Source of the DNA: Callorhinchus milii
Taxonomy: Eukaryota
Length of the DNA: 53,473 nucleotides
NCBI RefSeq assembly: GCF_018977255.1
Contig: NW_024705336.1
Span: forward strand, 1 to 53,473
Direction: 5' to 3'
This document shows positions 27,480 through 38,720 of this stretch, piece after piece. The notes under the pieces were generated by a model, which saw nothing but the letters and a program-made list of their open reading frames with translations, had not been told where the DNA came from and did no database searches. The stretch's first letter is position 1, and each line of letters starts with the position of its first letter. The position numbers and the translations under genes were made by a program.

Positions 27480-28124
27480 ACACGGTTCGAGAAGACGTAT
27501 CGCGAACGTAAGCATCGACTCATCGATGGACTCCACCGCTAACATTTTTTGACAACTTGCACGAGGACTTCTCCCGAGCGTCAGGGAGAAAGAGAAACAA
27601 ACCTTCTCTATGTTCGGGGCCGGATGCGAGGAGGAGGGGGGGGTAGTGGCGCGCGTGTGAAAGAAAAAAACGTGAAAATAAAAGCGGGGCAGTTTTCGAC
27701 GCTCAAATTGTAACGGTTGGGTGAGAGACCGACCTTGAGAAGCCGTGGTCACCACCGCGAAGGGAGGTGGCGCATTGCCACTCTCGGCCCCAGACCGGCG
27801 GTCCCGAGCGCCCCAGCTCTCCCGACTCAGGCCGACTGCAAAACAACGACGCAACGGCACATGCCACGCAAGAGTAAAACCCGTTAACAACAACAACAAC
27901 AAAAAGAAACACAAACAAGATAGCTTGGAAATCCAGTCCGTTGAGTGAGCGGCCAGCAGAACTTCAAGCTGGAAGCAGTTGTCGCTCTCTTTTGGGTCGT
28001 CTCAACTGCAGAGCGAGGCCCTGCCTGCTACGAGTTCCATCCAATGGTGGGCGGCGATGGGTAAATTGACACGACGTTGCCGCCGGGAGTCGTGGCTGCG
28101 AGGTCAGGTGACAAACGTTCAGGA

Positions 28125-28308
28125 CCTACTGTCGTCAATCCACCACTGGACGAAGGACCCCCCCCCCCACGCTGTTGTCGGTCAAGGGGGGCCTGTTTGA
28201 CCATACTTCCTCATTCTGGTCCGTTTGGGTTGAATGAGCAGGAAGGGTGGGGGGGGGTTGGTTCAGGACTGGTTCAAAGATTGCTCGCGACTGATATTAG
28301 CCGTGGCT
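28125..28308 (-). mobile_element. RTE-tailed tRNA SINE
   Basis: gtcaatccaccactggacgaagg...gaccatacttc...actgatattagccgtggc matches the family. Confidence 0.6.
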
Positions 28309-28669
28309 AGCTTTGTAGGGTTGGACCGATTACATACCAGGATACATTTTTGTAATGCTTTCCTTGGCATCAATTAGTAATAAGACGAAGTCCAGGGCAA
28401 ATTCTCGAAATTATCGTAAACGCAGTATTATGTAAAAAGGTACAACAACAACAAAGATAAAGGTGCAGCCGTGCAATTTCTTGCTATTGTCACCGCTGGC
28501 AGAAGGGCGACCACGAGTGGGGGAGCTCTCTAGAGATCCCTCCCCACCACCGCCACGCCCCAAGAGTGTATTTCACCATCTCTTGTACACAATGAAGTGG
28601 GATGACTACCCACACTTTAACCCACCGCATGTTGTGACCTGCTTGATCGGCCAAATCTGCGTTAACCAC

Positions 28670-29750
28670 GCGTACTTGTGGTGAACATGCAAACAAAACA
28701 AGCTTTGATAATTCTATATGCATTGTCTTTGAAACGGATTTGTCTACATCAGACAGCCTTCTTTAGGGCCCAGTCTCACCAGTGTCAGACCAGGGAACGC
28801 CTTTTGGCTTGAAAAATGTTTCTATTTGGTGTTCGAACATCATAACACCTCCTGTTTAATTGCCAGAAAAGGTTTAAACCTATTTTTATTTTTTCATACT
28901 TTGATACTGGCAAAAAAAGGTTCTTACTGCTGGGTGAATAGAGATCAGGGGGGGTGGGGGGAATAAACTTGGCATAATTTCAACTGCCACGCCAGGAGAA
29001 CAAACCGATTTAAAAATCCGTTTCACATTTTCCTTGTTTGATGGCGATGTATCTCCTTAAAAAAAAATCTAACTTGGAAATAAAGGTACAGCTTTATATA
29101 ACCGTAACGTTGAATGACCTTCTTATAATTTGCGATAAAGTATGTTCTGTATATAAGCTATCATGTTATTAAGTATTTCTGTGGGTTGTCCTATTCAGAA
29201 TGAACGATTAATGCCAACCTAAGAATTGGATTTACCCTTTCTGGCAATAAAACAGGTGTTAAGATGTGAAAACACCGGAGCATGTTTTTGTTTGCATGTT
29301 CACTATAAGTATGTGTGGTTAATGCAGACATGCATCCTTGCAAAAGGTTTCTTTTTGGTGTTTAAACATGTTAACACCTGTTTTATTGCTAGGAAGGGTG
29401 AAACCAATTTTTATATTTTGATACTGGCAAGACAGGTCCCATGATGTTAATGCCAATCTATTGGCATGAACTGCTCAAGCAAAGCAATTTATGCGTTCAT
29501 ATTTGCTTTGCTTTTGTGCTGGTCGCCTTTCGCCGTTCTCTGGCCGACCACCGGCGGTGAGACAAGGCCACGAGGGAAGTGGTCTCTGGTGCAGGCCAAA
29601 CAGTTTCAAGAACAATGCATACTTTTTTTTCGAAGCATGTTTGTTTGGATGTCTTACCACAAAAGCATGTGTGGTGAAAGCCTGCGTGGTGTTTGAGTAT
29701 CTGAACACCTCCTGTGTTATTGCCTGAAAGGATGAACCCTATTATTTTGT
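28670..29750. mobile_element. Foldback / nested inverted-repeat element remnant; related copy at ~50590-50880
   Basis: 43-bp inverted arms at 29234-29276 and 29357-29399 (38/43 complementary). 28670-28800 is inverted relative to ~29520-29680. 50590-50880 is a reverse-oriented homolog of 29420-29700. Confidence 0.65.
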
Positions 29751-29853
29751 CGTCGTGTTGAAGGTGCATATTCTTTGCTCACAGTCCTGTACTTTAAACG
29801 TCAATTCAGCAAGTACACTGACTTTGTGGTGTTTACAAACGCACTCGGACATG

Positions 29854-30105
29854 GCGACCTGGCCACAAATGATAGTTCAACGAAGAGGCTTATCACGTGA
29901 AAATGTATAGCAGCCAAATGCTCGAAACGCATGCTGATTCTAAATGTGGAGGGAAAAACCGGAGCACCCGGAAAAAATTCCATGTGACTGCAGGGAGAGA
30001 GAACATGCAAGCTTCAAATATACAACAGGCATTAGTGTCTGGATCGAACCCACGACCTCCTGGAAATATCAGGCGAGGGAGTTAACATCTCGTCACCGAG
30101 GTGCC
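29854..30105 (-). mobile_element. V-SINE-like element
   Basis: gggaaaaaccggagcacccggaaaaaa...gagaacatgcaa...ggatcgaacccacgacctcc...gttaacatctcg matches the family. Confidence 0.85.
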
Positions 30106-30740
30106 GCAACATCGCATGGCAACCAACATGCAAATGCTGGCCCATTACAAGGTTGAGGAGCGAGACGCTTTGAACGCGTGGGTTTTTTCGTCACGCGCAA
30201 AGACTGGCTTGTTCTTTCATTTGATTCACTCAAGCATGATACACAGTTCCGGCACTTGCGCTGGTGGAACAATTTAAATAAATTATTTTACAAGAGCTAT
30301 TTGATAAACACAGGCGCATCAATTAGGGTTCCAATTTGGCAATTGCAAAGCGAAAGTAAAAAAGTTGGAAATGATTACTCTCGCTAAATGTAATTTAATT
30401 GCACGGCGAAAGCCTTCATTAAATCGCGACTGAGCGACAATGACCCCAAGTTGGAACAATTTCAAAATTTCCATTTCAGAAAATATAATACCGTGCTTTC
30501 AAGGATATATGCTGCTTTAAACGTAATTTAGGATCAGGCTGTCTGCTGTCATAATTACAGCAATTAGGATTGCATTTCATCAGGTAACATTCTCATGGGA
30601 AGGGTGGCACAATAGTGACGTTTTTTTCTTTATTTGTCAGTACGGCCACCCTGAGTGATGTTGTGCGTTGGGGGTAAAACGTCAACATACGAGTTGAGGA
30701 AATGTTGAAAACAACTTCAAGATCGAGACGTCTTTGTGGC

Positions 30741-31605
30741 CACCACCAGTGATGGCACGACCCACAACCTCCTCACCACAGCCGGTGATGGCACCACCCA
30801 CACCTCAACAAAGCCGGTGATGGCACCACCCACACCTCCTCACCACAGCCGGTGATGGCATCACCGACACGTCCTCACCACAGCCGGTGATGGCACCACC
30901 CACACCTCCTCACCAAAGCCGGTGATGGCATCACCCACACCTCCTCACCAAAGCCGGTGATGGCATCACCGACACGTCCTCACCACAGCCGGTGATGGCA
31001 CCACCCACACCTCAACAAAGCCAGTGATGGCATCACCACACCTCCTCACCACAGCCGTGATGGCACCACCCACACCTCCTCACCACAGCCGGTGATGGCA
31101 CCACCCACACCTCCTCACCAAAGCCGGTGATGGCATCACCCACACCTCCTCACCACAGCCGGTGATGGCACCACCCACACCTCCTCACCACAGCCGGTGA
31201 TGGCACCACCCACACCTCCTCACCACAGCCGGTGATGGCACCACCCACACCTCCTCACCACAGCCGGTGATGGCATCACCCACACCTCCTCACCACAGCC
31301 GGTGATGGCATCACCGACACGTCCTCACCACAGCCGGTGATGGCATCACCCACACCTCCTCACCACAGCCGGTGATGGCATCACCCACACCTCCTCACCA
31401 CAGCCGGTGATGGCATCACCCACACCGCCTCACCACAGCGGTGATGGCACCACCCACACCTCACCAAAGCCGGTGATGGCATCACCGACACGTCCTCACC
31501 ACAGCCGGTGATGGCACCACCCACACCTCCTCACCACAGCCGTGATGGCATCACCGACACGTCCTCAACAAAGCCGGTGATGGCACCACCCACACCTCCT
31601 CATCA
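30741..31605. repeat. 35-bp minisatellite, ~24-25 copies
   Basis: Unit cagccggtgatggcaccacccacacctcctcacca. Variants are ...catcaccgacacgtcctc... and a shortened ...cacacctcaacaaagcc. Confidence 0.95.
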
Positions 31606-32944
31606 ACGCTGCTACTGTGGCACAAGGAGGCACGCGACCTCCACAATCTGGCCCGACGGTCTCCCACCATCTGCTGGCTCATCCTAGGCCTTCCCGCGCC
31701 CCGCGGTCGCCAATGCCTGCACAATCCTCCCTCCCCCTACACAGCCTCCTGCTACCTACAAAGCATCACGTGGCGTCAAGGCTTATTTTTGAGGATGAAA
31801 CCTGCACGGTTGGCTACGTTCGGTGCGAAAGAAGTTCAACAAAACCTGCATCATAATTGCCTAGACGATTCCTTTATGATAATGATTATTATTATTATTA
31901 TTCGTTCATGTAGGAGTTAAACTGGATAGTCAGGAGAAAAAAAACACCCTTACTTACGAGAAAATAACCACTGAAAACTCAGCAACTCTGCACACATTAA
32001 ATCATTTAAAATAATGAAGTTCACGGCGGCTTTATAAATCCACTAAGGCCTCCCTATGGCACGTCACTGTTGGGGGATTATATGACCATGCTTCGGTGCA
32101 GGCCGGCAGTGGGTTCAATTCGATACCCAGCACTGACAGCGGTCCCCATACCTATTTGCTGTCGCGCATTCTGCCCTGGTATTTTCCTCCCGGGATGATT
32201 TTTTAATTAAGACCAAGACAAAGATATCAACACGTACACACAAAGGCAAAATAACAACATTTAGCAACCGGTAGAATAAAGAAAATTCATGAAAACGCAA
32301 AAATACTCTTAACTTTAAACTACTGCAAGAAATAATTATAAGTGAAACAAAAACCAGAGCATGCATTTGGAGATTCAACTCGCCCATGCATTTTGCGGAG
32401 GATATAAAACGCGACGTTATTGTCTGCGAAGCACATTGCATTTCGACCGCCCACGCTCCCCATTTCTGAAGACAATTACATTCTCGTATTTGCCAAATAG
32501 CGTTCAGCGTAGGAAATATCGGGAGCCGGGCGACGCTAATGTCGGATCGTGCGGTGGAAGACTTTCATGCTAAAGCAATGCATCCCAACTTGGCATCCCT
32601 GTGGGAGCAAAGGCTGAATGCTGTAAACGCTCCGTACGCCTGGCTCTCTTGAATAACATAAATGAAAAATAAGCTCAGTGGGATTTACCTGGTAAAAAAA
32701 TTGTATTGTTACTTGCTTACATTTTCTATATTTTGCACTCCTATCGTCTTTTTGTATTGTTTGTGGCTGCAATGTTCTGACACGCGCCTAACTGGCCACC
32801 TGTGAAAAAATAGCTTTATAGCTCATCGGATACCTCCGCTACAAATAAAGATTCCGATTCTGATAAATACATTTAACACTTGTGGGCTCAGCAGAGCCAC
32901 CGCAGCGCTATGACCTACGCAGGCTCATGGCGATGCTGCCGTTG

Positions 32945-33240
32945 TGCAAAGGGGTTATTGTACACGGCACCGAGCCTGCGATCCAGAGGTCGCCCGTTCG
33001 ATTCGATCTCCCGGCGGTGGCAGCTGAAACGATGGGGCGCGAGTTTTACCGAAGCCCCCTCTCCCTGCCGCCTGCGTGCCCCCCAACCAGCGGGATAAGT
33101 GGGTGGGCGCAACGCAGTCGGTGGAGGGTCAAGGTTGCATGTGGTGGGGTAAAGTGTGGGTACTCCCCACCTCTCTCAGGACGTTTGGTCACAGTGGGTG
33201 CGGACGGCCAAATTGCCCTCTTAAAGGGACTCTTTAACAG
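32945..33240 (+). mobile_element. Degenerate tRNA-derived SINE; related head at ~51395-51500
   Basis: tgcgatccagaggt...tcgatctcccggcggtggcagctgaaacgatggg resembles ttgcaatccagaggtt...tcgatcacctcccggcgtggcagtcgaaacaacggg at ~51430. Confidence 0.5.
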
Positions 33241-33260
33241 CAACCGAAAAACTACTCCGG

Positions 33261-33531
33261 TTTATTTATTTATTTTTATTTTACCAGGTAAGGCCCACTG
33301 AGCTCTACAGCTCTTTTTCAGAAGCGAACTGGCCACCAGTGATAGCCCAACGAAGTGGCTCATCCTCACGTGGAAATTTATAGCAGCCAAATAAAAGCAG
33401 GAGAACCCTGGAAAAATACCCACACGACCACGGGAGAACATGCAAACTCCGAATATAAAGGAGTCAGGGTCGCGATCGTAAGCACGACCTCCTGCATACC
33501 ATGCAAGGGAGTTGACATCCCGCCACCGCGG
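33261..33531 (-). mobile_element. V-SINE-like element
   Basis: Has the tail ttttaccaggtaaggcccactgagc, the V-domain cacgaccacgggagaacatgcaaactcc and a tRNA head. Confidence 0.85.
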
Positions 33532-33754
33532 TAACCTCCAATTGAAGGCTCTTTCACGGAACTGTGGCAATGGCAGGGGCTTTACCTTGTAGACAGGCCT
33601 GCGCACAAGAGCGTGGAGGATCGTTTTGAGAGCGCTGGGAGCAAAAATGTGGCCTCAAAAAATCCGCGGTGTTTCGTGGGGTGTCTTTGGGCCATATCTC
33701 AGGGGTGCAGGAGGCACCCACACATTGGCGACACCCACCTAAGTAAGGAACAGA

Positions 33755-33791
33755 CTGCTGCCGCTGCTGCCGCTGCTGCCGCTGCTGCTGC
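33755..33791. repeat. (GCTGCTGCC)n microsatellite
   Basis: ctgctgccgctgctgccgctgctgccgctgctgctgc. Confidence 0.85.
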
Positions 33792-34499
33792 TTATAAACT
33801 GTGTCCGTGGCTGGATACTTTACGTGATTGTGAAGGAAGTTACTGCTGACCGTGTACTTTTTTTTCTCTCCGCAATTTTAAATGCACTGGAGAATGAAAG
33901 CTCTTGTAGAAATGTCCAAGACATCCGCTCTACTCAATAAACTAATTAAAAAAACAATCCTCCACGGCACGAGTAATTTCCTTCGCTTAAACATTCCTTT
34001 TCAAACCGTTCACAAAGCATTACATTTAAAGTGACATCTCGTAATGGCGGAACACGTGCAATAAACACACGTACATAGTATTATGTTTAAGCTTAAACCG
34101 TAAACATTTAATAATCCCTGAAGGTCCTTTTGTAAGTTGTTCGCCAAATGGAATTCTATTTTCCCATTGCATTTGAAAATTGAGCGCTGCAACGGCATTC
34201 AAAAGATATCCTATGGCCTTGTGTGACGCTAAGCGGGGGGGGGGGGGAGGGGGTGTACGATCATCGAAGAAAACGACACATGGCCCCAATCCGCTGCTGG
34301 ATGAAGGCAGTGGGAGGAGTCGTACTGAATTTGCGTGTTACGATCTCTGCGACTCTATAAACCATCGCAGTTCGAGATCCAATACAAGGGACACATTGTT
34401 ATCTGCTAGTGTGGTGAATGCAGTGGCCTTGGGTGGCAGCAAGGGTCACGTGCACCCATTACAGAATAAAACTAAAAATAATTTACAACCCTTTCTTTG

Positions 34500-34693
34500 T
34501 CAATAAACTGCTGGATGAAGGTCTCCTCATGCCATGTCAATCATGGGGATATTTCACCATGCTGGTCAGTGCCGGTTGGTGAAGCCGAGGACCCAGGACC
34601 GGATCCGGACATCACTCGCCACTGATGTTAGCCGTGGCCGGAGTCCAGCTCAACTCAGGTCGCCGGGTTCGCAGGGCAGTGCGCTAACCACCG
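34500..34693 (-). mobile_element. RTE-tailed tRNA SINE, most complete copy; other fragments ~22616, 26665, 32035, 34288, 36570, 48860
   Basis: Minus strand reads head cggtggttagcgcactgccctgcgaacccggcgacc, linker gctaacatcagtggcgagtgatg, tail gagaccttcatccagcagt. Confidence 0.7.
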
Positions 34694-36820
34694 TGTGAAT
34701 TCTAAATCGTACAGATAAACGTTTGCCGATGAACCGTTATGTTCCTAATATTTAAGGTGAAACGTTCAAAGTTAGGAACCAGCTGCCATTTGGCGGCATT
34801 TCTTTGATAGAAATCAGTGGCGCCATAAGCCCCTGGCAAGCTGTTAAAAAGCTCACCGCAGCCCAATGATGATAATAATAATACAATATCTCTCGCACGG
34901 ACGAATTACCCGGACTTGCCTAATTCTCAAGTCTATCCCTATGGAGACGTCGTCGCAAATGAGACATGCAGGCATCGCACGGATCAATCTGGTGAAAATA
35001 TCATCATGGAAATAAATTGAAAAATAACAGACTCGTATATCGCCCGCTATTCCGATGCCGCACGCTGCCGTAATAACCTTGTGTTTTTAATAGAGTTGCG
35101 ATCAATGAAGACTCATTATGTGTTTGTTCTAACGGCGCTACGCTACACGGCTATCGACAGTCGGGTTTGCCGCATTGCTTGATAGGCCATGTGCTTCCTA
35201 TTATTATTATGCACGCTCGTGGCATTTATAACGCGGGGGATTTTTTTGTATTTTAGTGGAAGAGTATTTTTTGCGGGGAAGCACTTCACAAACGAGTAAC
35301 GCGTGGACAGGCACAGTTAATGGGATCTCCTCTAGGCAGGCACTCGACCGACCACGGACAACAATCTCGGGGCCCTCTACTGCTGCTGCTGCTGCTGTTT
35401 TGCTGGCAGTGATGAGTGTGCCGAACCATCGCCCTCAATTGCTAATTTGTCCAACCAATTTAAATCTGCGTGCATGCCAACGCCTTGCACTGCCCATTTG
35501 TTTTCCGTCTACCAGCATGCAACGGAAGAAATCGTTCTGTTTAACGCGGCCTTACAGTCTAACCGTCAGCGGCACTTTGTTTGGAGCACTTTGACCCAAA
35601 GGTCGCGAGAGTTCAAATCTCGGTCAGGGGTTGGACTCGGTCGATCGTCGCCCTGCCGTCGACGATAAAATGAACCCCGCTCGGCGGCAAATCAGCAGGC
35701 CTTGTCCTAGGGAGAGACGGATTCGTCTCCGCCAAAGATCACCACCGGCCCCACACTCCGCTCGAACAAAGAGACGCACTACGACAATCGCCCGACAGCT
35801 TCAGCGGGGAAAATATTCCCGGCGGCCGCAGAGCCCGTCCGTTTTGGTAGCAAGACATTTGCCCGCCGTCGCTCCACCGTTAATTATCGACGAGGCACAG
35901 AGGGCCGCTTGTTCTGCCCGATGACCCGAATTGGGCATGAAATCGCGAATGAACGGTTGCGTAACGCAATTCGCCGCACCGCCGCCCGGGGACTATTTTC
36001 AAGGGACAAACGCCCGCCGCTGAAACGGCGCGTGGAGCAGAGAGAGTGCAGGCGTGGGGGGTGGGGGGTGGGGGGGGGAGACAGAGCTGTGGGTGTCTCG
36101 TTGGAACAGCTGTGCGCATTTTTCTCCCTGTTCCAGAACAATGCTCCGTGTGTGAAAACGCACAATCCCACCATTGCCTTTTAAACCCCCCGCCACCCCC
36201 ACCGCCCGTGCCCCCCCCACCACCGAGTTCTCCAAATAACGGTGCTTGTCAATAAAATTAAAATAAATACGTGGCCTTTTAATCCACTTCCGAAGGACTC
36301 CCCACGACATGCCAGCCAGCCGAGAGGGTTGTTGGAGAAATACTTCCAACCGGGGGTCAACAGAATGACTGCCGTTTTGTGGCAGTATGATGGGCGGTTG
36401 TTGAGAGAAAGCGTGGCCCCTGCCATAGAAATGTCAATTTTTTTTATTTCTTTTACCTCTGGCTTAGTGTAGGGCTACCAATTGAGATACGCACCAACAG
36501 GCAACGATTTGAACTTGGAAACATCGCAATGTATTTTTAATCACTCTCAAACACGGTGACAGCAATATGCCGCACTGCTGAATGAAGGCCTCTCCATGCA
36601 TCGGTCGGTTACGGGGGGGGGAAGTCACGGTGTTCACAGCACTGTGCGCAACACCACTCCGCCACGAAGAACACTTATTTATTCGTGAAGGGCCATCGCT
36701 CGCACCCGCGGGACACTCATTATTTATACGAGAGGCACTCGAAAAGTGATCCACCCGTGTACGATTGAATTCGCTCCGACAACACCGTTCGGTACGGCAC
36801 AATGCAGCCCGAGTAAAACT

Positions 36821-37125
36821 AGAAACTATTTTTTTATTTTACCAGGTAAGGCCCACTGAGCTGTGCAGCTCTTTTTTAGAAGTGACCTGGCCACAAATGA
36901 CAGCTGAAAGAAGTAACTCATCACACACATGGACATTTGTAGCAGCCAAATACTCGAAACGCGTGTTGATTCTAAATTAGGAAAAAACGGAGGATTCGGA
37001 GGAAAATCCACGCGACCACTGGGAGAACATGCAAACTCCAAATGTGCAGGCTTCAGGATCGGGATCGAACCCACGACCTCCTGTATACCAGGTGAGATAG
37101 TTACCATCTCGCCACCGTGGCGCCC
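36821..37125 (-). mobile_element. V-SINE-like element, full length, probable 8-bp TSD
   Basis: Complete head, V-domain and tail. gtaaaact flanks it at 36813-36820 and 37127-37134. Confidence 0.9.
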
Positions 37126-38492
37126 TGTAAAACTCGGGTGCGCAACCACTTTGCCGGTGAGACGCAGAACAATCCTGCAGGCGGTTGCTGAATTTGGTTA
37201 CGAGGATTTATCTGAAACAACGGTAATCGGCGCGTTAAAATGCTTGGACACGTGACAATTAATCTGTTTTGGATGTATCGGGTTGCTGGAGGGGGTTTAT
37301 TAATGACAACAGATCTGGTCAGATCATTACGTGGCCTAGCCCAGAACATCTATTGTGGTTAGTTATTGTGCAGCCCTTGCTGACCGGGCTGAGACCATGG
37401 ACTTTCTTGCTCTGGAGCACCTGGTTTCATCATCGGTGTCTGCCCAGAACGTCGGATCTTGGCGGTGGCCCAGATCAGTGCTCTGACCTCTCAGCCACCC
37501 GGTTAGGGCGACTTGTATCTCATCGGAGAAGCCAGAGTTTTCAACCCTGAACCTCAATAGTCTTGTCCCAGCACAGTTCTTTGACGCAGGCAAAACTATT
37601 GTCACGACCTTGGGCGGCCAGCCACCTCGCACTGACGCCCCGAGTAAACTATACGATTCCACTTTGGCTGACCGTCCTATACTCTGTGCCATCAACCATC
37701 ACACTCAGATCACCACCACCACCATCGCCCATTCTCAATGCACTACAGAAGATGGTAATTTATTTGTTTTGTTAATTTAAGTCGAAGTGATTTCCGGCTC
37801 AAATGACCATTGTGCTCATCCAACATTTAAAGCCCCGAGCTAGCCGTTGAAATTCCACCTTCCTATGGCAGGGCTGCGAGCCTATGCATATAACAACCAC
37901 TTTTGACCTCCCTCACTTCATCTACCCTGGAAGGATGTTTGGTTGCTGAGTCAATCGCCAACCAGAACGTGAAGGTGCAAGGTTCCGATTGCTTGCCGCA
38001 GGCTCCACCGCCGAGGCAACGGCCCGGTTCATGACTACGACTACCACTGGATGCACTGCGCATGGACGCAGAGACACACGTGGTCTCCCAGTCCTGCACC
38101 GGCTATAATCCGCTCCCCCAGTTGCGCCTTTCGCCGCCACTCAGCGTCGCGGCATTATGCGGCACAACTGAACGCGCTCCGGGGATCCGGGAGAGATGTA
38201 TTTCCCGTGAGGCTTGGAAATATTATTGCTGTTTGTCAAATGTAATAGTTGTCAAAGTGAGTGACACAATAAGCTCTGCCTTTGACCGGCTACCGAATCA
38301 ATACTTCGCTGCATGCTTAACCCATGATGCCCCCTTGGGCTGTGCGCGTATGCGTGCATGTGTACGTATGCGTGTGCACGCATCTCCCAGTGAGGCAATT
38401 CCCACCTGCGCAATTGGAATTGCAAGTCACTGTGCTTCTATGTGGGGGTGCATATGTGTATGTGTGTGTGCACTTTTGTGTCGTGGTTCGCG

Positions 38493-38720
38493 TGGGGAGC
38501 GGTAGTGCAGTGGTTAGCGCACTGCGCAATGAACCCCGCGACCAGAGTTCGATTCCGGCTTACTGCCAACAGCAGTGATGATTATCTGAACCGGTCCTGG
38601 GCCTCCCCTAGGTCCACTAAGCCTCAAATTAGTACCTGGTGCGATGCGTAAACAATGTTACTGGAGACAAAAGCGGCCGGGCGTGGTGTTGGCCATCCAC
38701 CCCGCATGCGCCTTGCTGGC
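38493..38720 (+). mobile_element. tRNA-derived SINE with Nin-like central domain
   Basis: A box tagtgcagtggttagcgc and B box gagttcgattcc. Then ctaggtccactaagcctcaaattagtacc...aaagcggccgggcgtggtgttggccatccacc, which resembles the Nin domain as I recall it. Confidence 0.7.

Noticed and set aside
30741..31605. CRISPR array or coding repeat
   Set aside because: The units are contiguous with no unique spacers, no cas genes are present, the context is eukaryotic, and 35 bp is not a multiple of 3.
37363..37695. Tc1 transposase remnant (DPTFWADTDDETR resembles FW..VLWTDET)
   Set aside because: The similarity is too weak and no TIRs or other Tc1 motifs are visible. A tBLASTn would be needed.
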